Shown here: positions 31,014-44,211 of the stretch, one piece after another
Position numbering within the stretch: position 1 is the stretch's first letter
How the letters are laid out: each line of letters begins with the position of its first letter
Source: the human T2T-CHM13v2.0 reference genome, Homo sapiens
Assembly: GCF_009914755.1 (NCBI RefSeq)
Contig: NC_060946.1
DNA length: 64,000 nucleotides
Reading direction: 5' to 3' (one strand)
The notes under the pieces: model-generated
Database searches by the model: none
The model's input: only the letters and a program-made list of their open reading frames with translations
What the model was told of the DNA's origin: nothing
Position numbers and translations under genes: made by a program

Positions 31014-31431
31014 TGATATGGTTTGGCTCTGTGTCCTCACCCAAATCTCATGTTGAATTATATTTCCCAATGTTGGGAGGAGGGACCTGGTGGCAGGTGA
31101 TCGGATCATGGGGGCAGATTTCTCCCTTGCTGTTCTTGCGATAGTAAGGGAGTTCTCACGAGAACTGATGGTTTAAAAGTGTGTGGCACTTCCTCTTCTC
31201 TCTCTCCTGCTGCCATGTGCAAATGTGCCTGCTTCCCCTTCACCCTCCTACCATGATTGTAAGTTTCCTGAGGCCTCCCCAGCCATGCCTCCTGTACAGC
31301 CTGTGGAACTGTGACTCAATTAAGCCTCCTTTTTTTTTAATAAATTAAAAAATTTTAATTAATTTTTTAAATAAATTACCCAGTCTCAGGTAGTTCTTTA
31401 TAACGATGTGAGAATGAATTAATATAATACA
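31014..31431 (+). mobile_element. THE1D/MSTA-type MaLR solo LTR
   Basis: tgatatggtttggctctgtgtcctcacccaaatctcat...aaattacccagtctcagg; ataaa on both flanks. Confidence 0.88.
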
Positions 31432-32054
31432 ATAAATAAATAACAAATAAATAAATATGAATAAATAAATATTGGTACAGGGTACCAGCAGCAGGGTAGG
31501 AGAGAGAATTATCTCTAGCCCTCCCTCCTCCTTGCAAGGCCATTGCCTCCTCCCTTCTGAAAATGACCTTCCTTTTTTCAAGAGCTCTTATGCCATGGCT
31601 AACTTTGAAGCCATTCAGAGGGGAAGCTTTGAGACCTGGAGTTAATCCTGCCAACAAGGAAAGCTAAAGTTGGGTTTGCCCTGATATATTTATTTCCATG
31701 TTTTATTTGAGTTCCGTGAGGGCAAGGATAGCATTCATTTTGTTCATTGGTTGCCCAACATGGAGTAGGTCCTCTGTAAGGATTCGTTGATGGGATTCAT
31801 TGAATGAATGTAGGCACACAGATTGCCGAGAGCTCTGTAAACGTCAGGTGCTGTTGTTGTTACCATTATCATTATTACGTATTGACTGAACTACTTTTAG
31901 AGTATCAAAAACTCCCCTGTATCAAACCCTCTGCCATTCCAGGTGACTGGTGCTCTCTTGGTGTCTTTGTTGTTTTTCAGCCCTGCCTAGGGTGCACCAT
32001 GCTTTCTTTAGCTTCTCCTTCACCCTTCCTTCCACCTACGGAAGAGGCTGCAAA

Positions 32055-32300
32055 ACACAGTGAGCACTTAAAACTACAGTCTTTGAAGCCAGACCACCTG
32101 CGCTTGAATCTCAGCCCTACCACTGCTGAGCTGTGTGTCCTTGGGCAAGTTGCTTCACTTCTCTGTGCTTCAAGTTCTGCATTTGTGAATAGGGCTAAAA
32201 GTAGGATGCTCCACAGAGGTTGTCTCAGGGTTTAAATGAATTAACCGGCACAAAGCACTCAGCTGGGCATACAGGGAGTGCTGGCTGTTGGTATTATTGT
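32055..32300 (+). mobile_element. MIR
   Basis: agccagacc...gctgtgtgtccttgggcaagttgcttcacttctctgtg. Confidence 0.8.
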
Positions 32301-33282
32301 TGTTAACCCAATTGCATTCCTGCAACTGCTGTTCTGTCTCACTCCATTGCTCTCAGCTTTCCAAAGTGACATCTGACAGGAGGAATCTGGGCTTCCGTGG
32401 TAGAGGCTGGCAGGGGTTTAATGGGCTACCGGTGTGCCATGTATCTGCAGCCGATGGATGTGTGTGGGTAACAGGGAAGGCTGCCCTGAGATACTGACTC
32501 TGAGCCCAAAGAGAGAGATGGACAAGGGTCACTCCAGCTCCTTCCTGGGCCTGGGGTCAGGCAGCTCTGTATGGACACAGTGGAGGGATTTGATGGTCCC
32601 TTGAGGGTTATTGCAGCTGCCAAGACCCCCAGTTTTCTTCATTACACTATATTGGGGTCTCCCCTTGAGTGGACAGGGGGATGAACCCTGTCTGACCAGT
32701 GGTGGGGAGGTGGGGACTCACAGGTCACCCAGAGCAGCAGAGCTCCTTCATCACACAAAGGAGGAAACTGAGGCCTGGGAAGCAGAGACTGTGGGCAGGT
32801 CCCATTTCTAGTCATCATCCTTCAATCTCCACTTCATTCTGCATTTGTAGCTATTATTAATGATATACAAAAGGCCGAAGGCATTACCTCAACTTTATAA
32901 ATAAGGAAACTGAGGTTCAAGTTTGTCAAATGAAGCTGTGAAACCCAAGCCTTAAAACTCAAGAGCGGGGCCCCCTCCTCGGAATCCAGAAGTAGTTTTG
33001 TTCCATCCCCAGTCTTCTGCACTGGAAAAAAAACTTTATGAAGCACATACTGTGCTGGCCCCATGGAAACAGCCCCTGACTCCAAGGGACCTTTTATTCT
33101 GCAAATTTCAGACAAATGTTCCAAAAAAAAAAAAAAATACTGCCAATGGGGAAGAATAATTGGAAAGTAAAAAATTACCCCCACCGTGGTTGGGAGCCGA
33201 CAGTGGTGACACTCTGCTAAGTGCTGATGTGCGTTTAACTCCTTTGATCCTCGCAATGACTCTTTGAAAGCTACAGATGGGA

Positions 33283-33628
33283 GGCCGGGTGCGAGTGGCT
33301 CATGCCTGTAATCTCAGCCATGGGAAGAATCCCAGACTTTGGGATCCACCGCTGAGGTGGGTGGATCACCTGAGGTCAGGAGTTCGAAACCAGCCTGGCC
33401 AACATGGTGAAAGCCGGTCTCTACTAAAAATACAAAAATTAGCTGGGCATGGTGGCAGGCGCCTGTAATCCCAGCTACTTGGGAGACTGAGGCATGAGAA
33501 TCCCTTAAACCAGGAGGCGGAGGTTGCAGTGAGCTGAGGTTGTGTCACTGCACTCCGGCCTGGGCGTCAGAGCAAGACTTCATCTAAAAAAAAAAAAAAA
33601 AAAAAAAAAAAGAAAAAAAGAAAGAAAA
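33283..33628 (+). mobile_element. AluSx with small internal insertion, inside a MIR
   Basis: Full dimer, long A tail; TSD ctacagatgg. Confidence 0.94.
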
Positions 33629-34054
33629 CTACAGATGGAGAAATGGAGTCAGGGAGGGAACAACAGGGGCACAGGGTCGCAGTAAGTGGCAGGGCTCGGC
33701 TCCATCCAGCTCTGCCACATTCTGGAGGAGGTGGGAAAAGTCACAAGGTGGGAACGCCACTGCTCTCAGTTTAGGGAGTGGGCTTTGAGGGATAGCACGC
33801 TCTAATAAGGGAATCATACTTGTTCTAAGAGGCTGGCCATGAAGCAGTTTTAAACCCACCCTAGTGTGTGAAACATCACAGCAGTGCTCAGAGAGAATAA
33901 CACAGGCCGCTTTTTCCCACCTGTCTGCAGGGAGTAGAGATTTGGGAAGAGGAGGGCTGTTTTGGGGCTCGTTCACAGCACGGCTGGGCCAGAGGAGGTC
34001 TTCCTGGGAGAAAGGGCATCCAGGTACGACAGGGACAGCTTCTCAGCTGCAAAG

Positions 34055-34470
34055 TGGAGGGAATGCAATGGGGGCGGAGTCTCCCTAACTTCTGTGAGTG
34101 AACGTGTGGGAATGGATTGGCTGAAAGCCAAGCTGCAAGATCCTCCCTAGGTCACAACTGGCCTGGCAGACGGAGCCTTCCTAGACACCTGAAGTTCCCA
34201 GGGAATGCAGGATGCCAGGAGTTCCCTGCAAGCTGCGAGGAGAGAGGGGCATTCCCCTGGACCCAGCCAGGAGCCGGAGTGACAGCACTGAGTTTCCGTG
34301 TAGAAGCCCCCAGGGAAGGGTGCAGAGTTCGCAGGGCCTGCTCTCCTGCATGGGGGCAGGAGGTGGGGGGCAGGAGGTGAGGGGCAGCAGGAGCCTCGAG
34401 GTGGCGAGCTGGTCCATGGTCCTTTACTGCAGGCTCAGTGGCCCAGGACCAGCCAGGAAACTTCCAGCGT
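34055..34470. promoter_or_regulatory. Candidate promoter/enhancer (GC box, inverted CCAAT, kB-like and TEAD motifs)
   Basis: GGGGCGGAG 34071, GGATTGGCTG 34114-34123, GGAATG/CATTCC x4, GGGGCATTCC 34246; no repeat recognised. Confidence 0.35.
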
Positions 34471-35394
34471 CTCTGACAGAGGGGAAAACGACCAGGGCCC
34501 AAACACGACTAGGGCCTTATGCTAAGGACGGACATGTCTCTGGCTCAGGGGCCCCTTTGAGGGAGGAGTCATTGCTGACACCTGGTGATGAAGGTCACAA
34601 TTGTTCAGTGTCTCCTTGTGGCAGTCGGGCCACAGTAGCTGCACAGACACAGGGCACTGAATCCACACGAGAGGCCTGTCATAGTGCTGAGTATAATAGC
34701 ATCCCTAGTTCACAAACAAGACCACTGAGACTCAATTCAATAGCTTGTCCAGGCAAGGCTGAAGCCAGAATCCATGCTTGGGGACCAGATTGCCTCTCTG
34801 GGGGACACAGAAAGGACCCAGACCCTACCCTCGAAGGGTTCCCAGGCTGGTGGGGGCAGCAGATCTGTAAGCAAATGATTTCAACTCAGAAATATCAACA
34901 TTCAGGAGAATTACGAAGAAAAAATGCTATAGAAGCAAAGAAGAGTGAGTGATGACCTGTGGAGGACAGGAGGTTGTTGGAAGAGGTATCATGGACAGTG
35001 CATAGGGGAAATTTGCACTGGGCTTTGCTGGTCATGCAGGAGTGTGCCCAACAGAGGAAAGGACGTTCCAGGCAGAAGTGGCCACAAAGGACACAAGGCC
35101 CAAAGGTGTGAAAGTGGTTGGAGGATTCAGGAAACAGGGCCAACCACAGGGATGGAAGGTCAATGGAAGGCGCTGCGGGAGGGAAGGGCTGGCCAAGGCT
35201 TCACGTTTAAGAAGGGCCTCAAATAGAGATTCCTCCATGGTCTCTCCAAATGAGGGCAGACATACAATCACTACGCCGTGTGTGTATGGATGTGGGTGTG
35301 TGTTAAAAACATTGGCTTGTTAAACGTGCACATTAAAACTGTACCACAAATTCAGTTATTCTGCCCCCAACAAACTTGGAGCCTCAACAAAAAA

Positions 35395-35625
35395 AGAAGG
35401 ACCCTCCTCATCTGTCAGAAATACATGCTGAAGTATTTTCAGATGAAAGGACATGGTGTCTTGGATTGGCTTCAAAATAATCCAGTGTGGGGTTTGGAGC
35501 GGGGATGGGTGGGGACGTGGAGGTGATGAGATTGGGCACGTCCTGGAACTGGGCAATGGGAATACGGAGGCGCCTCACATCACTGACTCTGCATTTGCTT
35601 ACATTTGAACATTTCCATGACACAT
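35395..35625 (+). mobile_element. Old L1 (L1MC/ME-type) 3' end
   Basis: atacatgctgaagtattt...gcttcaaaataatccag...tttgaacatttccatga. Confidence 0.65.
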
Positions 35626-37205
35626 CTTTTTTTTTCTTTTTTTTTTTTTAAAGAGAGAGAGCCCCTTGTTCTGAGTCATCCCGTGGAGCTCAGGATATTC
35701 AGTATAGGGAGAGAGAAGGATGAATGATGGGGAAGCGGGGTGGGACCCAGGGCTGAAAGGTAGATTTGGAGCCAAATTGTAAAAAGCCTCGTAAACTATT
35801 CTGAGAAGTTTGGACTTAATCCTGCAAATAGTGGGAAGCCCAGTAAAGAATTTTTAGTAGGGGAATGACACCATTAGATTCTCATTTAAGAAAGAACTCT
35901 TCTCTGGCTGGTGCCTGGAAGATGGAAGGGGTGTGTGTGAGGGAGGCAGGGTTAGGGAGAGGAGGGGTTGGGGTCAGGGAGAGGACCCTGCCCGAGGCTT
36001 GAGGAGAGCTTGTCAGCTGCGAGTCTAGGTGGGCGACCTGCCTTCTCCTCTATGCTGTTTCTGGAGCAAGACCTCTTCTATCTGCCTTAGTAGTAGGCAC
36101 TCTATTGTGATTACTTATCACAATAAGTAATTCCTTATTGCAATACATCAATAAGGATCACTTAGTGACTCTCTCTCTGGCTAGACTAGGTGTAGCCACA
36201 TCACGCCTATCTCAGTCCCTTCTTATCCCCGGAGCCTGGCATGACGCCTGGTAATAAACCACTGTTAAGTGAATACGGAAATGTATAGCACAGGGCTCTC
36301 CCTAACCACTAAATCTTTGATGATCGAACGGACAGATCCAGCACAGTGCCTGACACAGAGTCGTAGAGTAGCCCCTCAATAAATGTTCGGGAGCCAAACT
36401 GAGCTCGTGTGAAATTGTAGGAAACTGATGCCTGAGTGGGGCGAGGAGGGTTCAGGTCTCCCCTTAGGAAAAAGCAATTTCCTCCCAGCACGAGAGCTTC
36501 CAAAAAGGCAGTGGTTTCCAAGCTGAAAGTGGATGGGAACAAACAAACCGGGCACAAGGTTTGTCTATGAATGTGTCAGCCCTCGAAACTTATGTCTCCA
36601 CATCTCTCTTGGCTCCTTGATGAGGTGCTTCCTCCATTTCAGATGGATGGTGTTTCTTTCCCCCTTCTAAAAAAAGCTTCTAGATGCTTTTAAATTAGGC
36701 AAATGAGCAAGGGCAATGTTCATTTTCCCCCCTTTCATTCTGAAAATGTGTGGCGTGCCAGAAGGCCTTTGGACGGAATGTTCAGAGGCTGCATAATAGA
36801 ACAAGAGAGGCTGCCAAGCTCCTAAATCACTAACCAGACAATCTCAGGCCCTGGGACTTAGAGACCCCTGGGACAACATCATGAGCTGAGTCCGCAACAA
36901 GTGAAAAGATGGCCCACAGCCCAAGGTCTCAGCAGGAAAGGAAGCCCCTACCTTGAACAGCTGAAAGTTCAAAGTGGGCCACAGCTCCTTAAGCTCAGCT
37001 CTCTAGGAGTTGCCTGGTGATGGAGGACCTTGGGCCCCCTTCTGTAAAACCTCAGGGAGTAGATCCAATGCCAACACTTTCTTTGTGAAGCTCAGTTTAC
37101 CCACTGGTAAAATGGGTCTAAGCTGAAGGACTGCAAAATAATAGAGAGGACTCTAAATGCAGGTGTTTCTACCTGTGACCTCCTCTCTATAGAATCTGTG
37201 AGGTC

Positions 37206-37374
37206 CAGAGCCTTAATATTGAGCATTTGGTTGCAGGGCCAGCAGCATCAGCATCACCTGGGCTCTTGTTAGAAATGCAGACTCTCAGGCCCCACCCCAG
37301 ACCGGCTGCTCAGATTCTGCATTTTCACAGCATGCTTAGGTGATTCATGAACACGTTGAGGTCCGACAGCACTG
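37206..37374. mobile_element. MER5A
   Basis: ccagcagcatcagcatcacctggg..cttgttagaaatgcagactctcaggccccaccccagacc. Confidence 0.88.
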
Positions 37375-37771
37375 GCCTACCTAACCATATGATCGTGGCT
37401 AAGTCGCTTTACCACTGGATTTTAATTTATTCATTTGTAAAATAAAAGTGATTAATTTAAATGGCACATAGACCTGAAATCCTATAAAGTTCATAGCCTG
37501 CTAATAAATACCAGCCTTTGATCCCAAAATGTACATAGGAGTTCCACCCCTGTTCTGAAATACCAGGTTTTGAATTGGGTCAGATAATCAACAGTGGAGG
37601 TCACTGGGTCAGACTGTGCTAGAGTGATGTGGAGGAATAAATGTGAACATTCATTCTGGAGGGTCTAGGACAAACCCATTTGAAATACTGTGTTACACTA
37701 TGAGCCCTTAAATCTCAAATTTTGGTTTGGAAAATAGAGGCTCCCATAGCATCAGACACAGTCCCAACTCA

Positions 37772-38311
37772 TGTTAGGTTGATTGCACTGATAGTATCAA
37801 TTACTGACTTTCCTGTGTCCATGACCTTTACAACATGACTATGCAGTTCCTTCCACCAAGAGAAGGCATCTGTTTTCCCACCCTTTGAATCTGGGCTGGC
37901 CTTGAGACTTTCTTTGGCCAAGGCAGTGCAGCAGAAGTGTCCCAGTTCTGCCTAGGTCCCCAGAGACATTGCATGTTTCAGCTCTCTCTGGGACCCCGTA
38001 ATCATTTTGTGAACTAGCCTGGGTTAGTTGGCTAGAAGATGAGAGAATACGTGGAAGAGTGCCTACTCATCTCAGATGAGAACAGCCAGGACTGGCTTAC
38101 AGCCAGCTGACCTCCAAACACAGGAGAGAACCCAGCCAAGATCAGAGCTACCGACATGACCACAACTGACCACCAATGGATGAATAAGACCAGCTGAGAC
38201 TAGAAGTGCCACTTAGCTGACTCATAGATTTGTGAGCAATAATACATTCTTATTATTTTAAGCCATTGAGTTTTTGGGTGGTTTGTTACACACCAATAGC
38301 TAACCGATACA
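37772..38311 (+). mobile_element. MaLR LTR (MLT1F/G/H-type)
   Basis: ttgaatctgggctggccttg...ttttaagccattgagttt..ggtggtttgttac..caatagctaaccgataca. Confidence 0.82.
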
Positions 38312-38639
38312 TAAACCTTAAAGATCTTAAATCTGGTTGGAAAAAATTTCAAACTTCTAAGATTGCCTCTAGCTTGAAAATGCCATGGTTCTTTACAAAA
38401 GAAAGGTTTAGAATATGGTGTCAAAAGTGAATGCCTTCAGGGGCTTTGAGTGAAGAGAGCCAGTGTACTCCAAAAACTTTTTTTTTAATACATATATGAA
38501 TCACGAAAGGCATATTTCTCTACTTCCACAGGGAAATCTTGTGGCTTCCATTTTCCTTGAATCCTCTCAGTTTGCCTTTTGTTTCTTCACTTTTGGTATA
38601 GACAAGGTAAATAAGACATATTTTCTTTTCTCCTAACGA

Positions 38640-39230
<591 letters not shown>

Positions 39231-39949
39231 GGACTGCTAATGCAGAAGGGTTCTGGAGCAAGAGCACATGACCATGTAAGACATTTACACCAGATCCCTC
39301 CATGCTCCCTTGGGCTCACCAGGAGAGCAGCTCCAGTCAGGGAAGTCTCCCTTTGCTGGGCCACTTGTGTTAAATGATGGTACTGCAGCTTTAGGAGGGT
39401 CAGGCAGGCTAGAACCACGCTGAGGGCCAGGTAAAGCTGGTCCTGGTAACTTTTGCCTTTTTTTTTTTTTTTTTCCATTTTAGGGGCCTCGCTGACCTGT
39501 GACTTCATGATCTCATCACCCCAGTGACTTCAGGAATGAACCAGGAACGTATGCTCCAATTTTACCCCTTATTAGGCATTTTAGAGGGGATAATGATTCA
39601 CTGAAAGACTGGGGCTCTAAAAGAAAAACCATCTCAGATGGAGGGTGGGCAGGACAGCTTGGATTTTGTGACTGCTGTTTACATGTGCTGTGTGGGTGCT
39701 GGTCTGCACAGGAGCCCTGGGCTTGGGGGTGAGAAAAGGCAGATCTTGCCAAGCAATGCACCTGGTGCTGGGAACTGCTTCTCGGCCTGAAGCGAGTGCT
39801 GCCTTTCCCAAATTTCCCTTACAGGGGGTGCCTTTTACCTACCTCACCCAAGGTCTCCCTATGTGCTAATCTCTATTTCAGAGAGAGGGAGAAAGACATT
39901 ATGGAATCTCCTCTGTTAAGCGCTGCCTGCAGCATTTCGAAGTTAGGTA

Positions 39950-40050
39950 ATATGGCCATTTCACAGAGGGGAAAACTGAGGCTCAGAGAAATTAAGAGAC
40001 TCACTCACGTTCACCCAGCTAAGAAGTGGAAGAGCAGGCCTCCCGACTCA
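39950..40050 (-). mobile_element. MIR core
   Basis: ccatttcacagaggggaaaactgaggctcagaga. Confidence 0.75.
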
Positions 40051-41352
40051 GATCTATGTGTCCATCCCAATGCCCAGGTGAGCCTTGCTGGGTCCCCAGA
40101 GGTGGGGCTGAGGATGGTGACAGATAGGTATAACTCCTGATATAACTCTTCTGCTTGACCTGGGCACCTCATTTCCTCCCCTACAGGAAGGGTGGAGTGA
40201 GCTCTGTAAGTACAGGCTAGGGGTGGGGAATCTGAACCCCACAAAAGGCCCTGTTTGCTTACAGTCCGCACAGCTGGGCTGGATTAGTCCAGCTTCGTAA
40301 ATAGCTTTCGAAAACCAGCCGACTGGAAAAGTCCACTTTGTCCTGGAGAATGCACAAAGGCCCCACCCACATTCATCACTGTCCGCTGCCCTGTCTCCCC
40401 AACCCTGACCTCTCTATCTTGTGGCCCATCTCCACCTCCTCCTCTGGGCCTCAGTTGAAAAAAAAATTCTCAAATCCCCGTTCCCACCTCTATCAAACTC
40501 TTGAAAGACAGAACTGGAAGGAGAGGCAAGGAAAAGGAAATTCCTTTGAGGTCGAGCTGCCTGGATTTCCTTCTGCATCCTGCCTCATTTCCATGGAGCC
40601 TACCTTTATTGATTTGGGACCTGGGTCTTGAGGAAACTGGGGGCTGAATTTGGGGCCATTAGTGAAGCCCAGGGCTGCTTCCTTCCTGAGGGGCAGCTGA
40701 GGGGGAGGCCCAGCGCTGGCCTCAGAGGAGAGCAGCTGGAATGTGTTTTCTCACAGCCACACTTCGGTTAACATTCCAGAAAGTCAGAGCTGGGAGGGGC
40801 TTCCAGATTAGCAAGTCCAAAAGACTCTGACCCTGGGTTCCCTTGTTGAGCTGCAAAGGGGCTGTGGATCTCCAGAAATCGGATGCAAAAAAAAAAAAAA
40901 AAAAAAAGTTTCTCTGTACTAGTGAGGAATTGGATTTTTGCAGGGAGAGGCTTCAAGCTTCGTTTTCTTAAAGGGGGCTGAGACACTCTTCCTACAAGTT
41001 AAGGACACAGGATGTTTCTAGTTTAGCTTGTGTTTTATGTAGAAGGGGAAACTGAAGCCCAGGGAGGGGACATGACATGCTCAGGGACAGAGATGTGACT
41101 GAGCTCATTTGAGAGCACAGCAGAAGTGTAGTTTAGGGGAGGGAGGGGCGAGGGAGACTTGTTCCTCCTGAACACATTTTCCGAAAGTGGGGCCTTTTCA
41201 ACAGTGTCTACCACAACAGATTAGCCAAACAGCTATTTAAAAAAGGGATCAGACTTTAATGGAAGGAGCATGAAAGTGAGATTGTGAACCCCAGGGAGAG
41301 AAAGTTGTCACAGATTGTCAAAGGATAGTTTTTGCTTTTTTTTTTGTCATAG

Positions 41353-41664
<312 letters not shown>

Positions 41665-43329
41665 TGAAAATATGTATTGTGCACTTCCAGCAATCAATGG
41701 CGGTCTTCCCATAACCCCAACCTGCCTGCCCTGCCTGGCCTGCAGGCCTAGCTGGCAAACCTGGATATGCTCCTGGATCCCTGGAATCCAGACGTGCCAC
41801 TTCCCACTCCATTCCTCTCCTTGCCATTCATTCAGCCAATATTTATTGATTTCTTTAACTCTGTATGAGATGTTGTGGATACAGTGGTGAACAAAACTCC
41901 ATCTTCATAGGACTTATTCAAATTGAGGAAACTGATGGCATTTTTCTAATAATAAGAGGGGACTGGGGTCCAGGGTGGGGTGGCTGAACTCTGTCGGAAA
42001 AACGCTTCTCTGTGAGTGCCGAGGTGTCCCCTCCCACCATAAAAGAGGGTTCTGACGGGAATCGAGGACACCAATGCCCATTTGTTTCAGATTCGACATT
42101 CTCCATCTTGACAGGGTCCCCAAGGTTCTCCTGAGTCCAAGGACACCGCTGCCTCCCAGCTCATAACAAACGATGCTCACAAGCATGCCAGCCCTCTCCT
42201 TCTATGAGGCAATCCTCGGAGGCCCTTGCCAAGATCAACTGTTTGGACTTCTGCCTTGAAAACTGATCCTCTTCCGAGTCCGGTTATTGCTTTTCTGAAA
42301 CATGGGGACAGTGACATCATCGCTCCCTCCCTGGCTTGGGGATTTGGTGGTCAGCATGAAGTCAGGGTTTGGAACGGTGCCTGTTCTCTGCCAATGCCCA
42401 GGGAGGCCTGGGTTGGGGGCTCTGGAGTGAATTGGGCTTGCTGGGGAAGTCCCCAGAGGCTGGGTGGGGGGTCACTTTCAAACCTGTTGCCAGCATCTGG
42501 GTCTGCCTTGCAGTCCCCAGGATGAGCAGCATTCTGAGGAGGGCTGAACTGATGGTCGGTGGATACACACCTGCCCGGTCATACCCATTGTCAGGCTATT
42601 GAAATACTTTCATCTCATTGGTAGTCATTTACCGGGAAGACTTCCTGCCACCTTAGCTGTACTGGCTTCTCCCCTGGGCCACCTCTCCATAACTCCTACC
42701 ATCTAACACCTGTAGGGACCTGTCCAACAGTACTCTGATTGTTGGTGCCCTGCACCACACCCATGGATAAAGATTTCGGCGATGACTCCAGGATCGGAGT
42801 GGAGCTGTGAGAACTTGGGCTGGGCCTTTGGTCGCTGGGCACCTGCTGGAAGGCACTGCCATGTGGAAAGAGGCAAGGTCCACATCTAAAGTTCCCAGGT
42901 CTGGGCCCTGCCAACAGGAATTCTCTCCTGCCACGGTGGGACCCATTCCTTGCACAGTCACCGGTTAGCATTTCCTTGCCAGAGGCTGAAAGGCATCTCA
43001 GGGGTATTCTAGTCCTGCCCGCTAATTGTACAAGGAGACTCTGCAGCTCAGAAAGAGGATGTCACTTGCTCAAGTCAAATAAGCTGGTGACTGACCTAAG
43101 CCTTCTGCCTACCCTCTAGGTCATGATTCTCAAGGCACACAAAGATCCTGGCTTCAGAGACCATGAAGACATTCTAAACCTTCTCCTATCACTTGCCCGC
43201 TGCCTTTCTATGCCCAGGGTTGGTTTATTGGCATACCCAGCACTTTCTCTAGTTGGGTGGATTTTAGAATTAGCTTCAGCAGGGAGCCCATCACAGTCAT
43301 GTCACTCCATAACCTGGCATGCACCTAGG

Positions 43330-43640
43330 TAGGAACCTCAGTCTGGCAGCCCACAGGCTGAATGTGGACGGATTTCACTGGGACCACCCAGTGTTGTTGA
43401 TTTTTCTTTCTAATGGAATAGATTGCCCACACTTAGAAAGTGAGGGATTTCATACAAAACTGTGGATATGGGGCTTTTTGGAACAATGGTTAGATCCAGC
43501 CATCCATGTGCCACGTTTCTGCAGGCAAGACCAGCTCCCTATAAATGGGACAGATGCTCTAGTTTGTCACCAACCACCCCTTTCTCCCAGCTGGCTTTGG
43601 TCCTTTGCTGGCCTGAAGGCACCCAAGTTTGCCATCCCCA
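43330..43640 (+). mobile_element. MER102-like hAT fossil
   Basis: ctggcagcccacagg...gagggatttcatacaaaa...caagtttgccatcccc. Confidence 0.55.
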
Positions 43641-44149
43641 GCCCAGAGTTATCTCAGTACATGACACGGCCTTGCTTTTTGTTTCTTGGAAAAGTTGTGG
43701 TCCAGACGGAATAAATAGACCACTTTAGCATCCTTCTTCTTTCTTCACACATTCAGGCCATTTTGGATAAGGGAGATGTTTGGGGTCTCAGGCTTATCAC
43801 AGGGACAGTCATTGGTTGACCATCTGGCTGTGACTTCCAAGACTCCTTCCTTCTGCTCTTCCCACCTCTTCCCCTGACAGTGCCATGATCTCCAACCAGG
43901 CTACCCAACTCCTGACATTCCATGGCTGAGCTTTGGACTGAGTTGTGCAGATGCTTACTGAGCACCTGCAATGTTGACGCCATGTGAGGATTCAAGCAAG
44001 AGCAAGACACATTTTTGGATGCTTAGTCTTAAGGATCTAAGTCTTCTTGTGCACAACAGATAAAGATATCGATAACCGTAAGTCAAGGCCAAATATTCTG
44101 CATCACAGGAAAGGTTTCAAATCAGACAGAGCTCACGTCTACTGGGTGG

Positions 44150-44211
44150 GGAAGGAGGAATCAGGAAAGGCTTAAGGAAGGAGGAATCAGGAAAAGCTTA
44201 AGGAAGGAGGA
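44150..44211. repeat. 26-bp tandem duplication (about 2.4 copies)
   Basis: ggaaggaggaatcaggaaa(g/a)gcttaa x2 plus ggaaggagga. Confidence 0.93.

Noticed and set aside
34212-34952. Longest ORF (246 aa)
   Set aside because: No recognisable domain; it runs through GC-rich and MIR/L2-like sequence, consistent with a chance ORF
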